Source: Eledone cirrhosa
Taxonomy: Eukaryota
DNA length: 64,000 bases
Direction: 5' to 3'
NCBI GenBank assembly: GCA_964016885.1
Contig: OZ024763.1
Location: forward strand, 248,001 to 312,000
Positions 25,529-38,931 of the stretch are shown here, one piece after another; position 1 is the first letter of the stretch, and the number at the start of each line of letters is the position of its first letter. The position numbers and the translations under genes are program-made. Under the pieces are notes generated by a model, which was given only the letters and a program-made list of their open reading frames with translations, was not told the DNA's origin and did no database searches.

Positions 25529-25756
25529 ATATATAATATAAACCTTGGTATTTGTTATGTCAGGTCATAAAGGACTTCCACCCCCACCCCACCCCCTTCT
25601 CCACCCCCACCTCCCCCTCACCCATCCTCCCCCATCCTCCCCCTCACTCATCCTCACCCCTCATTAGTTCATTAGTCACCATATTATGTTAGTAACATTA
25701 CAATCTATTTAGAAAGACTACTTCACTTAAAACTATCATAGCATTGCCTTAGTGCT

Positions 25757-26215
25757 ATCTCTCCCTCTCTCTCTCTCCTTCTCCCTCTCTCTCTCTCCTC
25801 CCTCTCTCTCCCTCTCTCTCCTTCTCTCTCTCTTTCTTTCTCTCCCCCCCCTCTCTCTCTCTCTCCTATATGTCCCTCTCTCTTTCTTCCCTCTCCCTCC
25901 CACTCTCTCTCTATATGTCTCTCTCTTCCTGTCTCTCTTTCTTCCCTCTCCCTCTCTCTCTATATATCTCACTCTCTTTCTTCCCCCTCTCTCTCCCTCC
26001 CTATCTCTCTCTCTCTATCCCCTATATGTCCCCCTCTCTGCCCCCTCTCTCTTTCTTCCCTCTTCTCTCCCTCTCTCCTCTCCCCCCTCTCTCTTCCTCT
26101 CTCTCTCTCTCTGTCTCTCTCTCTCTCCTCCATCTGGCTCTCTTCTCTCTCCTCTCGCTCTTTCTTCTCTCTCTATGCTCTCTCCCTCTCTCCCTCTCTC
26201 CTCTCCTATGACTCC

Positions 26216-26227
<12 letters not shown>
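25757..26227. repeat. (CT)n polypyrimidine tract
   Basis: Seen directly in the sequence. Confidence 0.9.
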
Positions 26228-26250
<23 letters not shown>

Positions 26251-26337
26251 GCCAGAAAGTAAACAGAAACAACAAAAGTAATCAACACAGTACCACAAAG
26301 AAATATATTAGTTTAACACTTCATATAGTAAGAAAAG

Positions 26338-26377
26338 TGTCTTAACGTTTCGGACACTAGTCCTTTATCACAAGACA
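26338..26377 (-). ncRNA. Hammerhead motif with a mutated core
   Basis: Minus strand: tgtctt-GTGATAA-a-ggac-tagt-gtcc-GAA-acgt-t-aagaca. 6-bp stem I and perfect stem II. Confidence 0.6.
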
Positions 26378-26532
26378 GAGTTAGAAATAGAGGATCACTT
26401 TTCAGAGTGGACTGGGTGCCTTTTGCCATGATGGTTGTGGTTGTGGTTGTGGTAGTAGTGGTGGTTGTGGTGGTTGTGGTAGTAGTGGTGGTTGTGGTAG
26501 TAGTGGTGGTAGTAGTAGTAGTGGTGGTAATT

Positions 26533-26871
26533 GAAAAAGAAGGCAAAGAAAAAGAAAAAGAAAAAGAAGGCAAAGAAGAAGAAAAAGAAAAAGAAGGCAA
26601 AAAAGAAGGCAAAGAAGAAGAAAAAGAAGGCAAAGAAGAAGAAGAAGAAAAAGGCAAAGAAGAAGAAAAAGGCAAAGAAGAAGAAAAAGAAAAAGAAGGC
26701 AAAGAAGAAGAAAAAGAAAAAGGCAAAGAAGAAGAAAAAGAAGGCAAAGAAAAAGAAAAAGGCAAAAAAGAAAAAGAAGGCAAAGAAGAAGAAAAAGAAA
26801 AAGGCAAAAAAGAAAAAGAAGGCAAAGAAGAAGAAAAAGAAAAAGGTGAAGAAGAAGAGGAAAAAGAAGAA
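26533..26871. repeat. (GAA/AAA/GGC) purine-rich low-complexity array
   Basis: 'gaaggcaaagaagaagaaaaa' units. Confidence 0.9.
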
Positions 26872-27453
26872 TTTTAAAAAATTCTTGGGAGAGATAGGGG
26901 ATGTCTCTCTGGTGGAATTGTGTAGAGGGTTTGGAATTTCTGTGGAGAGGGGGTGGGTGAGGGGTGAAATTAGGGTGTGCGGGGTGGGGTGGGGGTGGGT
27001 TAAATTAAGGGGGTGGATGAGGGGTGAAATTAGAGGGTGTGATGTGGGGTGGGAGTGAAATTAGGGGGCGTGATGTGGGGTGGGTGGGAGTGAAATTAGG
27101 GGGCGCGATGTGGGGTGGGTGGGGGTGAAATTAAGGGGTTGAATGTGGGGTAGGGGTGAAGTTAAGGGGTAGGATGCGGGGTGGGTGGGGGTGAAATTAA
27201 GGGGTGGACAGGTGTGGGTAAGGGTGGCGTGTGGGGGTGGGTGGGTGAGGTGTGAAAGAGATTGAGGTGAGGGGTGGGCAAGATCTGAGGGGGTGGGGGA
27301 TATGAGAAGGGTGGGGCATACGTGAGGGCTGGGAGTGAGGAGGGAGCTGGGGGTTTATTTCTTTATGAATTAGTAATGGGGGTTGTGACTGAAAGAGTAG
27401 AAATATTTAAATGTTAGCAATTTTAAATATACTCACACAAATGCACGTGTGTG

Positions 27454-27484
<31 letters not shown>

Positions 27485-27724
27485 TTGACTGCATGTATAT
27501 ACTGTATGTGTATGTTTGTATATCTGCATGTATATATGTATGCACTTATATAAGTGTGTATGTATGTATATATATATATATGTGTGTGTGTGTCTGTGTA
27601 TGTATGTATGCTTGTCTATATATATATATAGATAGATAGATGTATACATATATGTGTATGTATATATATATGTGTATGTATGTATGTGTATATACATATA
27701 TATGTGTGTATGTGTATATACATA

Positions 27725-27795
27725 TATATATATATATATATATAAATATATTTATTTATATATATACACACACCTATATATATATATATGTGTGC

Positions 27796-27842
<47 letters not shown>

Positions 27843-27889
27843 TATATATAAATACACAGACACACACATATATATATATATACATACAT

Positions 27890-27939
<50 letters not shown>

Positions 27940-28243
27940 TGTGTGTGGGTACATATATGTATGCATACATTAATATATGAGTATATATATATATGTGTGT
28001 TTGTGTATACATATATATATACATATGTACTTATAAACACACACACATAAATATACATATATATATACATCATCATCATCATCATAAAATGATGATGATG
28101 ATGATGATGATGATGTATATATATATGTATATTTATGTGTGTGTGTTTATAAGTACATATGTATATATATATGTATACACAAACACACATATATATATAT
28201 ACTCATATATTAATGTATGCATACATATATGTACCCACACACA

Positions 28244-28301
<58 letters not shown>

Positions 28302-28348
28302 ATGTATGTATATATATATATATGTGTGTGTCTGTGTATTTATATATA

Positions 28349-28387
<39 letters not shown>

Positions 28388-28438
28388 GCACACATATATA
28401 TATATATAGGTGTGTGTATATATATAAATAAATATATT

Positions 28439-28452
<14 letters not shown>
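27725..28452. repeat. ~360-bp-arm fold-back palindrome
   Basis: Non-microsatellite anchors at 27933-27981 and 28202-28250 are reverse complements. Centre at about 28087. Confidence 0.9.
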
Positions 28453-28469
<17 letters not shown>

Positions 28470-28482
28470 ATTTATATATACC

Positions 28483-28515
<33 letters not shown>

Positions 28516-28572
28516 CCGCACACATGATATATATATGTGTGTGTATATATATATAAATAAATATATATTTAT

Positions 28573-28656
<84 letters not shown>

Positions 28657-28710
28657 TTGTGTGTGTATGTATATTTATAGGTATATATAAACACACACAC
28701 ACACACACAG

Positions 28711-28746
<36 letters not shown>

Positions 28747-29413
28747 TTGTGTGTGTGTGTTTATATATATATATATATATATAATATTTTTGCTAATGTA
28801 AAGAGAAATTTTTCATTTAAAATTTCTATTAGAAAAATGGTGGCAAAAAATGGTGAGAGGAAGGGGAAAAAAGCCACAAGGGGTGAAATATCTTGTAAAA
28901 AATATTACATTTGATGAGAAGACTTGATATGCAAAGGTGCAGAAATGATGGCTATATGGTAAATGATAGATGTATGGAACTGTAGGTCTGTGATTCTGGA
29001 AGTCTGTGAGTCAGAGAGAAAATAAGAAATGTTGTCAGTATTCCAGACTTAGCTTTTTTTTTTTTAAATATTTAAAGTACCCATAGAAAAATATTAAGAT
29101 TTTTGAGTTTTGGTTTTTGGTTTTTAATTTTTGATTTTTTCTCTTCAATAGCATCTTAGATATATTATTAAATAGTGTGAAGATGTATGTGTATGTGTGT
29201 GTGTATATATGTGTGTGTGTGTGTGTGTATGTGTATACGTGTGTATTTATATATATGTATGTATGTGTGTGTGTATATATATATATATATGTGTGTGTGT
29301 ATATATATGTGTGTGTATGTATATGTGTGTATATATATATGTGTGTGTATATATATATATATACATATATACGTGTGTGTGTGTGTATATGTGTGTGTAT
29401 ATATATATATATA

Positions 29414-29488
<75 letters not shown>

Positions 29489-30129
29489 TGGCTGCCAACT
29501 CGTTTTCGAGTACGGCCACTACTTTATATCCATGTAGGAGAACCCCTATCAATGCGCTGAACGAGTGTGGCTTTTTAGTCCAGCCAGCGACTTGAAAACT
29601 CTAGTACAAACACTACACTTGTGACAATTATTGACACATAGTGCTGGGCCCATGGTACCATGTGACGACAAGTGCAGAGAGATCTCCAGATATAAAGCAA
29701 TGCCTGTGCCGTGAAGCTTTTATAGTGAGCAAAGGCACTCTCTTTTTGGTAAATATATATAGATATATATACACACATATATGTATACACACACACATAT
29801 ATGTACACACACACACATATGTATATACACACATATATATATATATATATATACACACACACTCACACACACACACATTTATATATTTATACATACATAT
29901 ATATATATATACACTGTAAGTATATATGTTATAACAAACAAACAGTGTTCCAAGTGGTATCTTGGAAAGAAATATGTTGGAAGTATTATTTGATGTGATA
30001 AAAAATCTCTTCAGCTCCAGTGTTGAGAGATTCCAATCTAGAAATTACTCTTAAATTTGGAAGACGGGAATTTAAAAAAACCAGTATATATATGTATATA
30101 TATGTATGTATATATATATACATATATAC

Positions 30130-30193
<64 letters not shown>

Positions 30194-30266
30194 GTATATG
30201 TATGTGTATATATATATGTATGTATATATATATATATATATGTATAAAAATATATTTATGTATGTT

Positions 30267-30339
<73 letters not shown>

Positions 30340-30390
30340 TTTCTGAAGACAGCATATATATATGTATATATATATGTATGTATGTTTCTG

Positions 30391-30444
<54 letters not shown>

Positions 30445-30624
30445 TAAATCATTTCTGAAGACAGCATATATATATATATGTATATATATATGTATGTATA
30501 TATGCATATATATATATATATGTATATTTATGCATGTATGTGTATATATATGTATGTGTATATATACATATGTATGTATATTTATATATGTATGTATATA
30601 TGTGTATGTATATATATATATATA

Positions 30625-31024
30625 TACAAAGTGAAACCTACTACAGTCAGTAGGCACCTCTAACAAAAATACACCCCCCGCCCTCCGTCCCACTACCCCC
30701 ACCCCATCCACACTGCCCCTTTCAATGTAAAGTTATGTTGGTGCCACAACATCCAGTCCTAAACAAATGAGGTTGTGTAGGTGTCACAACAATAAAACAC
30801 ACAGTCCACGCTGTAATGTGGCCGTGTAGGTAACACGGTAAAAACCTCCCAGTCCACACTGTAAACGTGGTTGGTGTTAGGAAGGGCATCCAACTGTAGA
30901 AAACCCGCCAGACAGTCCTATACGAGCGAGACAGCCACTCTTGCCTCAAGTGGGAAAACTCCCATCCAAACCCATGCAAGCGTGGAAGATGGACGTTAAA
31001 CGATGATGATGATGATGATGATGA
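30625..31024 (+). mobile_element. 3' UTR of the RTE LINE family seen at 56-57.5 kb
   Basis: Matches 57161-57545. Confidence 0.9.
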
Positions 31025-31154
31025 TATATATATATATATATACATATATACATATATATGTATGTATTTACATATGTATATATATATATATATTCAAAAG
31101 AACATATTCAATATATAGATATTAAAAAGATACAGACTTCATTATTCTCCTTCA

Positions 31155-31214
<60 letters not shown>

Positions 31215-31221
31215 CATTATT

Positions 31222-31405
31222 AGTGGCAGAATCGGTAGAGCATTGGACGCCCTGCTTAGCTTCAAATAGTTATGGCCCTTTCTGATCTGAGTTCAAATCC
31301 CGCCGAGGTTAACTTTGCCTTTCATCCTTACGGGGGTCGATAAAATAAAGTACCAGTAATACACTGGGGTAATCGCTGACCTTGTGTCTATATAAGAAAC
31401 CATTC
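31222..31405 (+). mobile_element. SINE family B
   Basis: Head 'tggcagaatcggtagagc' plus the conserved body. Confidence 0.85.
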
Positions 31406-31615
31406 TTATTATTTCTATCTTTACGTGTGTACCTAAGAATGTCATTTGATGAGTCTGTGAGTTCACAGGTGAAACTCCAGTGGAGCAAGACTAAATCTGG
31501 GCTTTAATAAAGATTATATTAACCTCTATGAGGGTATTGAGTACTTTCATAGCTGTCAATACTAAGAATACATATATGTATATATATATATATATGTGTG
31601 TGTGTATATACATGG

Positions 31616-31785
<170 letters not shown>

Positions 31786-31967
31786 GTGTATATATATATA
31801 TGTGTGTGTGTGCGTGTATACATGTGTGTGTATATATACATATATATATATATGTGTGTGTGTGTATGTATATATATATATATATATATACATACACACA
31901 CACACACATATATATATACACACACGCATGTATACATGTATACATCTCTTTATATGTATGATGTATG

Positions 31968-31999
<32 letters not shown>

Positions 32000-32034
32000 C
32001 AGACATACATCATACATATATAGAGAGAAACATG

Positions 32035-32080
<46 letters not shown>

Positions 32081-32339
32081 CATATGCCTACATACATATG
32101 TGTTTGTGTGTGCATATACACATACATATATATACATATACATAGTTGTACACATACATACATATGTGTTTGTGTGTGCACATATATATATATATATAAA
32201 TATATATAATCATCATCATCATCATTTTCATAATCGTTTAACGTCTATATATATATATTTATAGGCATACATATACCTACATACATATATGTTTGTGTGC
32301 ACATATATATATATATATATATATATATTCACACAGACA

Positions 32340-32386
<47 letters not shown>

Positions 32387-32945
32387 ACACACATATACAT
32401 ACACTCACACACACACACACTGGTATGTACACACACACACACGTGTATGTGTGTGTGTATGAGGTAAGCCGTAAACCATCAAATCGAATAAGAATAATTG
32501 GATATCATTTGAAAATCTCACTTTTCCAGAATATTTCCTAAAAGATGGAAACAGCAAAAACACCAGAAACAGCAACAAAAACAACCAGAAATACTTTTCT
32601 AGTTGTTTCTTTCTATCAATAATAATAATAGTTCAATAGCAAAACCAATATTATTTGTTTGATATCTAAACTGACAAGCTGCTAAAATGATTGTTTTTAG
32701 ATCAGTCACCATTTTAATATTTCGCGAGGAGATTTTGATCTGAACTTGTAAATGAAAGGAAGCCATATTTCACTTGTGACAGAGAGGCTCATGGGAAATC
32801 TGTTTTAGACAGAGACACACTCACTACAAATATTAGACATTTCTTTATGTTTTGTTTTATGTTTTTACTATGTCTTTTGTCTGTTGTTTTGTTTTTTGTA
32901 TTTTTCTATTTTTCGATATCTAGCTTTCCTTTCTCGCTGTTCTTT

Positions 32946-32990
<45 letters not shown>

Positions 32991-33040
32991 TCACTCACAC
33001 ACACATTATATATATACATATATATATATATTTATATATA

Positions 33041-33157
<117 letters not shown>

Positions 33158-33603
33158 AGTAATAATAATAAATTTAAAGACTAAAATCCAAAGAGGGCTC
33201 GATAAGGATAAATATATATCAAATATATAAGTACCGTAGAGAACGTCTCGATGAACCACCTAAGAGAACATTAGTCTACGACTTCTTTTATACCATAAAC
33301 GTGGTTCTGTCTTTGCGTGTAATTGTTTTTCACCGCTCCTATTAATGACGTATAATATTCGTTTTTTCCCGTTCTTTGCCAGGGAACGTTTCCACGAACC
33401 AAAGTATCGTCTTCCTGTCTTCCTCCGGTTGCAACGTTTTTTGAAATATTCACTTCTGCGTTCACAGATTGACTTTGTTAGTTTCAGAAGATCCCGTTAA
33501 GGGTGAAAGCAGCGATTCTTTGGTTAAACTTTAATCTGTTATTTTAATAAATTAATATATTTATGTATATATATATATGTATATATGTATAAATATATAT
33601 GTA

Positions 33604-33666
<63 letters not shown>

Positions 33667-33671
33667 GAATA

Positions 33672-33838
33672 TGTAAATGTGGTTGGTGTTAGGAAGGGCA
33701 TCCAACTGTAGAAAACCTGCCAGACAGTCCTATGCGAGCAAGACAATCACTCTTGCCTCAAGTGGGACTACCCCCGTCCAAACCCATGCAAGCGTGGAAC
33801 ACGGACGTTAAACGTTGATGATGATGATGATGATGATG
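33672..33838 (+). mobile_element. RTE LINE 3' end
   Basis: Matches 57392-57545 and carries the (TGA)n tail. Confidence 0.85.
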
Positions 33839-33846
33839 TATGTATG

Positions 33847-33877
<31 letters not shown>

Positions 33878-33974
33878 GAATGTATATATATATATATGTA
33901 TATATATATGAATGTATATATATATATATGTATATATATATGAATGTATATATATATGTATATATATATGTATG

Positions 33975-34007
<33 letters not shown>

Positions 34008-34166
34008 ATGTATGTATATATATGTATGTATATGTATGTATATATATATGAATGTATATATATATATGTATATATATGTATGTATATATACATGTATATA
34101 TATGTATATATATATATATGTATATATATATGTATGTATATACATGTATATATATGTATGTATATA

Positions 34167-34225
<59 letters not shown>

Positions 34226-34559
34226 GTGTAAATATAATATATTATGTATATTATATACATCTTATTGTACAATCTTTACACACACACATATATATATCAC
34301 ACACACATAGCTTGACCAATGGTGAGCAATGGTGTGGGCCTGCATTGTTCCATCTTGTCTGAAACTGTTACCAGACTTTGTGGAGGAGTGGGGTGGGCTA
34401 CATTTCACATCCGTCCTGGGTCTCATACCAGTTCTCCCAGGGTCTCCACACACACAACATCTCTGTTGAAGAAAGCATAAGTTTTATTAGGAATAGAATC
34501 TGAGGTTTGAAAGAACAAAAGTCCCTGGTCATTTTAGTTGTTCTAGCAATGGTGACATT

Positions 34560-35270
34560 GTGGTTTCTGGAAACTCTAGCAGTAACAGAATTGTTATTTC
34601 TGGAAACTCTAGCAGTGATAGAATTGTTGTTTTTGGAAACTCCAGCAGTGATAGAATTGTTTCTGGAAACTCTAGCAGTGACAGAATGGTTGTTTCTGGA
34701 AACTCTAGCAGTGATAGAATTGTTGTTTTTGGAAACTCCAGCAGTGATAGAATTGTTTCTGGAAACTCTAGCACTGACAGAATTGTTGTTTCTGGAAACT
34801 CTAGCAGTGATAGAATTGTTGTTTTTGGAAACTCCAGCAGTAATAGAATTGTTTCTGGAAACTCTAGCAGTGACAGAATTGTTGTTTCTGGAAACTCTAG
34901 CAGTGATAGAATTGTTTTTGGAAATTCCAGCAGTGATAGAATTGTTTCTGGAAACTCTAGTAGTGATAGAATTGTTGTTTCTGGAAACTTTAGCAGTGAT
35001 AGAATTGTGTGCTTTTGGAAACTCCAGCAGTGATAGAATTGTTTCTGGAAACTCTAGCAGTGACAGAATTGTTGTTTCTGGTAACTCTAGCAGTGATAGA
35101 ATTGTGGTTTCTGGAATCTCTAGCAGTGATAGAATCCCAGTGTGAGGTAATTGTGGTTTCTTCTGACCCTGGCTGCGACAGAATCAGGGTTGTTGGAAAC
35201 TCTGGCAGTGATAGAATTGTGGCTTCTGGTAATTCTGGCAGCGACGGAATTGTGGTTTCCGGTCATTCTG
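34560..35270. repeat. 30/33-bp minisatellite, decaying at its 3' end
   Basis: 'gtttctggaaactctagcagtgatagaatt(gtt)'. Confidence 0.95.
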
Positions 35271-35571
35271 GTGGTAACTATGGTGACATTATAATATCTC
35301 TGTGGCACCTACTTTTGGTAACCATGGTAACTCTGACATCATTCTGGTAACCACAGTGACTGTGGTGACCATGGTAACCATGCTCTGGTAACCATGCCAC
35401 CATTGTGGTGGTGACACTGGCATCACTCTGGTAACCGTGGTAACCATGTCACCATGTGATTGTTGTCAATTACAATCTTCTCTTCCAATATATCTACTGT
35501 GACATTTTTAGATTCTTTGACAAAGTGAAGCAGTTGGTATTTATTGAAGGTCATCAGATTAACTTCCTAAC

Positions 35572-35617
<46 letters not shown>

Positions 35618-35867
35618 TGTAGTGTGTGTATATACATACATACATATATACATATATATATTTATATATATTACACACACATACATGTATGTATGTGTTC
35701 ATAAATATGTATATGGATAGACTCATACACACACTAACACATACACACACACACACACACATATATATATGTATGTACATTCATGTATAAATATATGTAT
35801 ATATATATATATATATGTATATATATAACATATATATGTATAAATATATAACAACTATATATTTTAT

Positions 35868-35905
35868 GCCCTTGAGAAGCCCAACTGGGCGAAACGTACG
35901 TAGGT
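35868..35905 (+). ncRNA. Degenerate minimal hammerhead motif
   Basis: gcc-cttgaga-a-gccc-aact-gggc-GAA-acgtacgt-A-ggt, followed by AATAAA. Confidence 0.5.
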
Positions 35906-35962
35906 GATATTTTAAATAAACATGTTTTAACGGTCTATTCTCCGATGTTTTACTTTCCCACG

Positions 35963-35999
<37 letters not shown>

Positions 36000-36170
36000 A
36001 GTAATACAGAAGACCCGCCTTGCCTATGTACAAAGTGAAACCTACAGCCAGTAGGCACCTCTTAACCAAATATTCACCCCAATCCACTACCCCTACCCTA
36101 TCCTCCCACTCCCACCAACACCACCCTCTCTCTGTAAAGTTGGTACCACAACATCCAGTCCAAATAAATA
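36000..36170 (+). mobile_element. RTE LINE fragment (ORF end and proximal 3' UTR)
   Basis: Matches 57133-57298. Confidence 0.85.
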
Positions 36171-36307
36171 AGATAATGAGATCGATGTAGATCTCATTCC
36201 AGTTCCTCAGTGAAATAACAACCCAACAAGGAACTGGGCATATTAGAGTATTGACAATATTATACACCTCAACAACATATGTACTTGTCTATACCACACT
36301 AATTCGG

Positions 36308-36362
36308 ACTGCCTGAAGAGGTCACAGCCAAAGATGGCTGTCACCGAAATATATATAGCAGT
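36308..36362 (+). ncRNA. Minimal type-I hammerhead ribozyme motif (best-preserved copy)
   Basis: actgc-CTGAAGA-ggtcacagcca-aaga-tggctgtcacc-GAA-atatatat-A-gcagt, immediately followed by AATAAA. Confidence 0.85.
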
Positions 36363-36675
36363 AATAAAGGAAGCTAAATTTTAAACATTTGACTTTTTAT
36401 TTTACTTTATTTTACATTACTCCGGAGTAACCAAACCAACCTGCGCACTTCGTCGAGTGCTCCAGCCTGCATACTGAGGTGTTGGTATACAACCAACATA
36501 AACTCAAGATCTATATATATATATATATATATATATTTCTAAGATGGTGTATATATACATATATATACATATATATATAATATCTAGGTAAATGTCAATT
36601 GCTGTATTACCATCAGATCTGATTTCAAAGATGCTAAACACACTTCAAAGAGTCTTCAATCTCTTAGAACTTCTC

Positions 36676-37110
36676 TTGTTGTTGTTGTAATTATTCTTGT
36701 TGTTGTTGTTGTTGGTGGTGGTGCTGGTGGTTGTGGTGGTGGTGGTGGTGGTGGTGGTGGTATTGTTGTTGTTGTTGGTGGTGGTGGTGGTGGTGGTGGT
36801 GGTGTTGTTGTTTTTGTCGGTGGTGGTGGTGGTGGTTGTGGTGGTGTTGGTGGTGTTGTAGTTGGTGGTGATGGTGGTGTTGATCGTGTTGGTGTTTTGA
36901 GGTGGTGTTGTTGTTGGTGTTTTGTGGTGGTGTTGTTGTTGGTGTTGGTGTTGGTGGTGGTGTTGTTTTTTGTGATATTGGTGTTGTTATTGTTGTAACT
37001 GTTGTTGTTGTTGTTGGTGGTGGTGTTATAGCTATTGGTGTATTTGGTGGTGGTGTTGGTGTTGGTGGTACTGGTGTTGGTGTTGTTGTTGTTGTTGATG
37101 TTGGTGTGGG
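36676..37110. repeat. (GTT/GGT)n array
   Basis: Seen directly in the sequence. Confidence 0.9.
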
Positions 37111-37541
37111 TGTTTCTTTTTATCATATTAAAGATATAGTCAATAAAACAAACCTCAAAGACAGAAATAAACAACAACAACAACAACAACAACATTAACA
37201 ATATATATGTATATATATATATTTCTTTCTATCTCTATATATATATATCCCTATATATCTATATATCTCACTCTACCGCTCTCTGTTTATCTCTCTATCT
37301 ACCTATATATATATATATATATATATAAAAATTAAGATGAGCAGAACAAACAAACATTAAACAATCCTTTAAATAAATAAAAAAATGATTTAAATATCTA
37401 CCTGTTCATAATGCTATTACTTTATTTAAAGGATTGTTTAATGTTTGTTTGTTCTGCTTATCTCAATTTTTATAGTTCTGGTATCTCAAATTAGTACCAT
37501 AGAACATGGGTCTAAAAATATTGGTTGCCAGATGAAGGCGA

Positions 37542-37664
37542 CCCACCTACATATAGAATGAAGGGGGCCCACCTACATATAGAATGAAGGGGGCCCACCT
37601 ACATATAGAATGAAGGGGGCCCACCTACATATAGAATGAAGGGGTCCCACCTACATATAGAATG
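37542..37664. repeat. 26-bp tandem repeat, about 4.7 copies
   Basis: 'cccacctacatatagaatgaaggggg'. Confidence 0.9.
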
Positions 37665-38931
37665 CTATCATTTAATTTTTATAATGAATAAATAACATTT
37701 TCTAAAAATACATAAGTGGAAACAAAACAGTGCAATCAAATTTTTGAGGAAAAATATCTTTAAAATTTATTCTTTCTCTTAGATTTCAGGTAATTTTTGA
37801 AAGCAAAGCATTGGCCCCTAAAATACTAGTGGGCTCTTGCAATGCTACCATCGGCCCCCTGGGACCCCGCTTGCCATTGGGCAATCTGACCAGTCCGCCA
37901 CTGATGATGATGATATTTATATGTATGTGTGTGTGTAGAAATAAAAATATGGGATGTAGGGGAAAGAAAAGGAGGGGAGGAAGGGTAGGATGTAGTGGAG
38001 GATGGTAATGGTAGGGAGGTGGAAGGTGGTGGAGGAGTAGAAGGAGGTGATAAGTAGTTGCAGGTTTCCACATGACTTCTCCTGTTAGAGAGACATCTCC
38101 ACTGATAAGGGAAGTCCTTAATGGTGACTATGTCTTCTCTTGCTTTCAAAGCCTTATATCCTCTGTAGAGCTGTGCTTAATTGACCCCTACATTACACCC
38201 CCTGGCCTGACTTCACCCTCCTCCACCACTGCCAGCCCGATCTGAAAGCAGGAGGTAGTGGTGGTGGGGATACAAGGGCTTTCTCTTAAAGCCCTTGTCT
38301 TTGGGTGTGTTACCACAGTCTTAGAGATGACCCTCAAATTCTCCTCTCTCCCCACCCATTCCTATCAAATAAACTGTCCCCACCACCACCCTCCTCACTT
38401 TGCTTAAGGTGCTTGGCTGTGTGTGATAGAGGCGACCCTATCAACCATACAGCCCTCATCCCCCTCCAAACAGCGCCCCTCCTTTCTTAAAGTACTTGGC
38501 TATGGGTGTTACCACTGTCTTAGAGATCACCCTTAAACCCTCCCCATTCAGCCTCCTCCTTGTCTCTATCAGCCACACAGCCCCCACATCCTCATTCCTA
38601 CTGCGCTTGACTCTGTGCGTTACGACCATCTCTCTTCACCCACCTCCAGCCCACCTCCTCCTCTGCGGAGGGGGGGGGGGGGGTCCCTATCAAACCACAC
38701 AGCCCCACACGCCTCCTTCCTACTGCGCTTGACTGTGTGCGTTTCAACCATCTCTCTTCACCCTCCTCCAGCCCTGCTCCTCCTCTGCAGGAGGGGGTGT
38801 CCCTACCAAACCACACAGCACCACACTCCCCCCTTCCTACAGCGCTTGGCTGTGTGTGTTAGAGCTGTCATAAGCCACACTGAATTAATCTGTGGTCCCT
38901 GTCATTTGAGCAGTTAATGGTTGATAGGAAT

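Noticed and set aside
34507-35350. Leu-rich 'FLETLAVIELL' repeat protein
   Set aside because: 30/33-bp minisatellite open in several frames.
37805-37903. GC-rich segment ending tccgccactg, resembling a DNA-transposon TIR
   Set aside because: No matching opposite end or TSD found.
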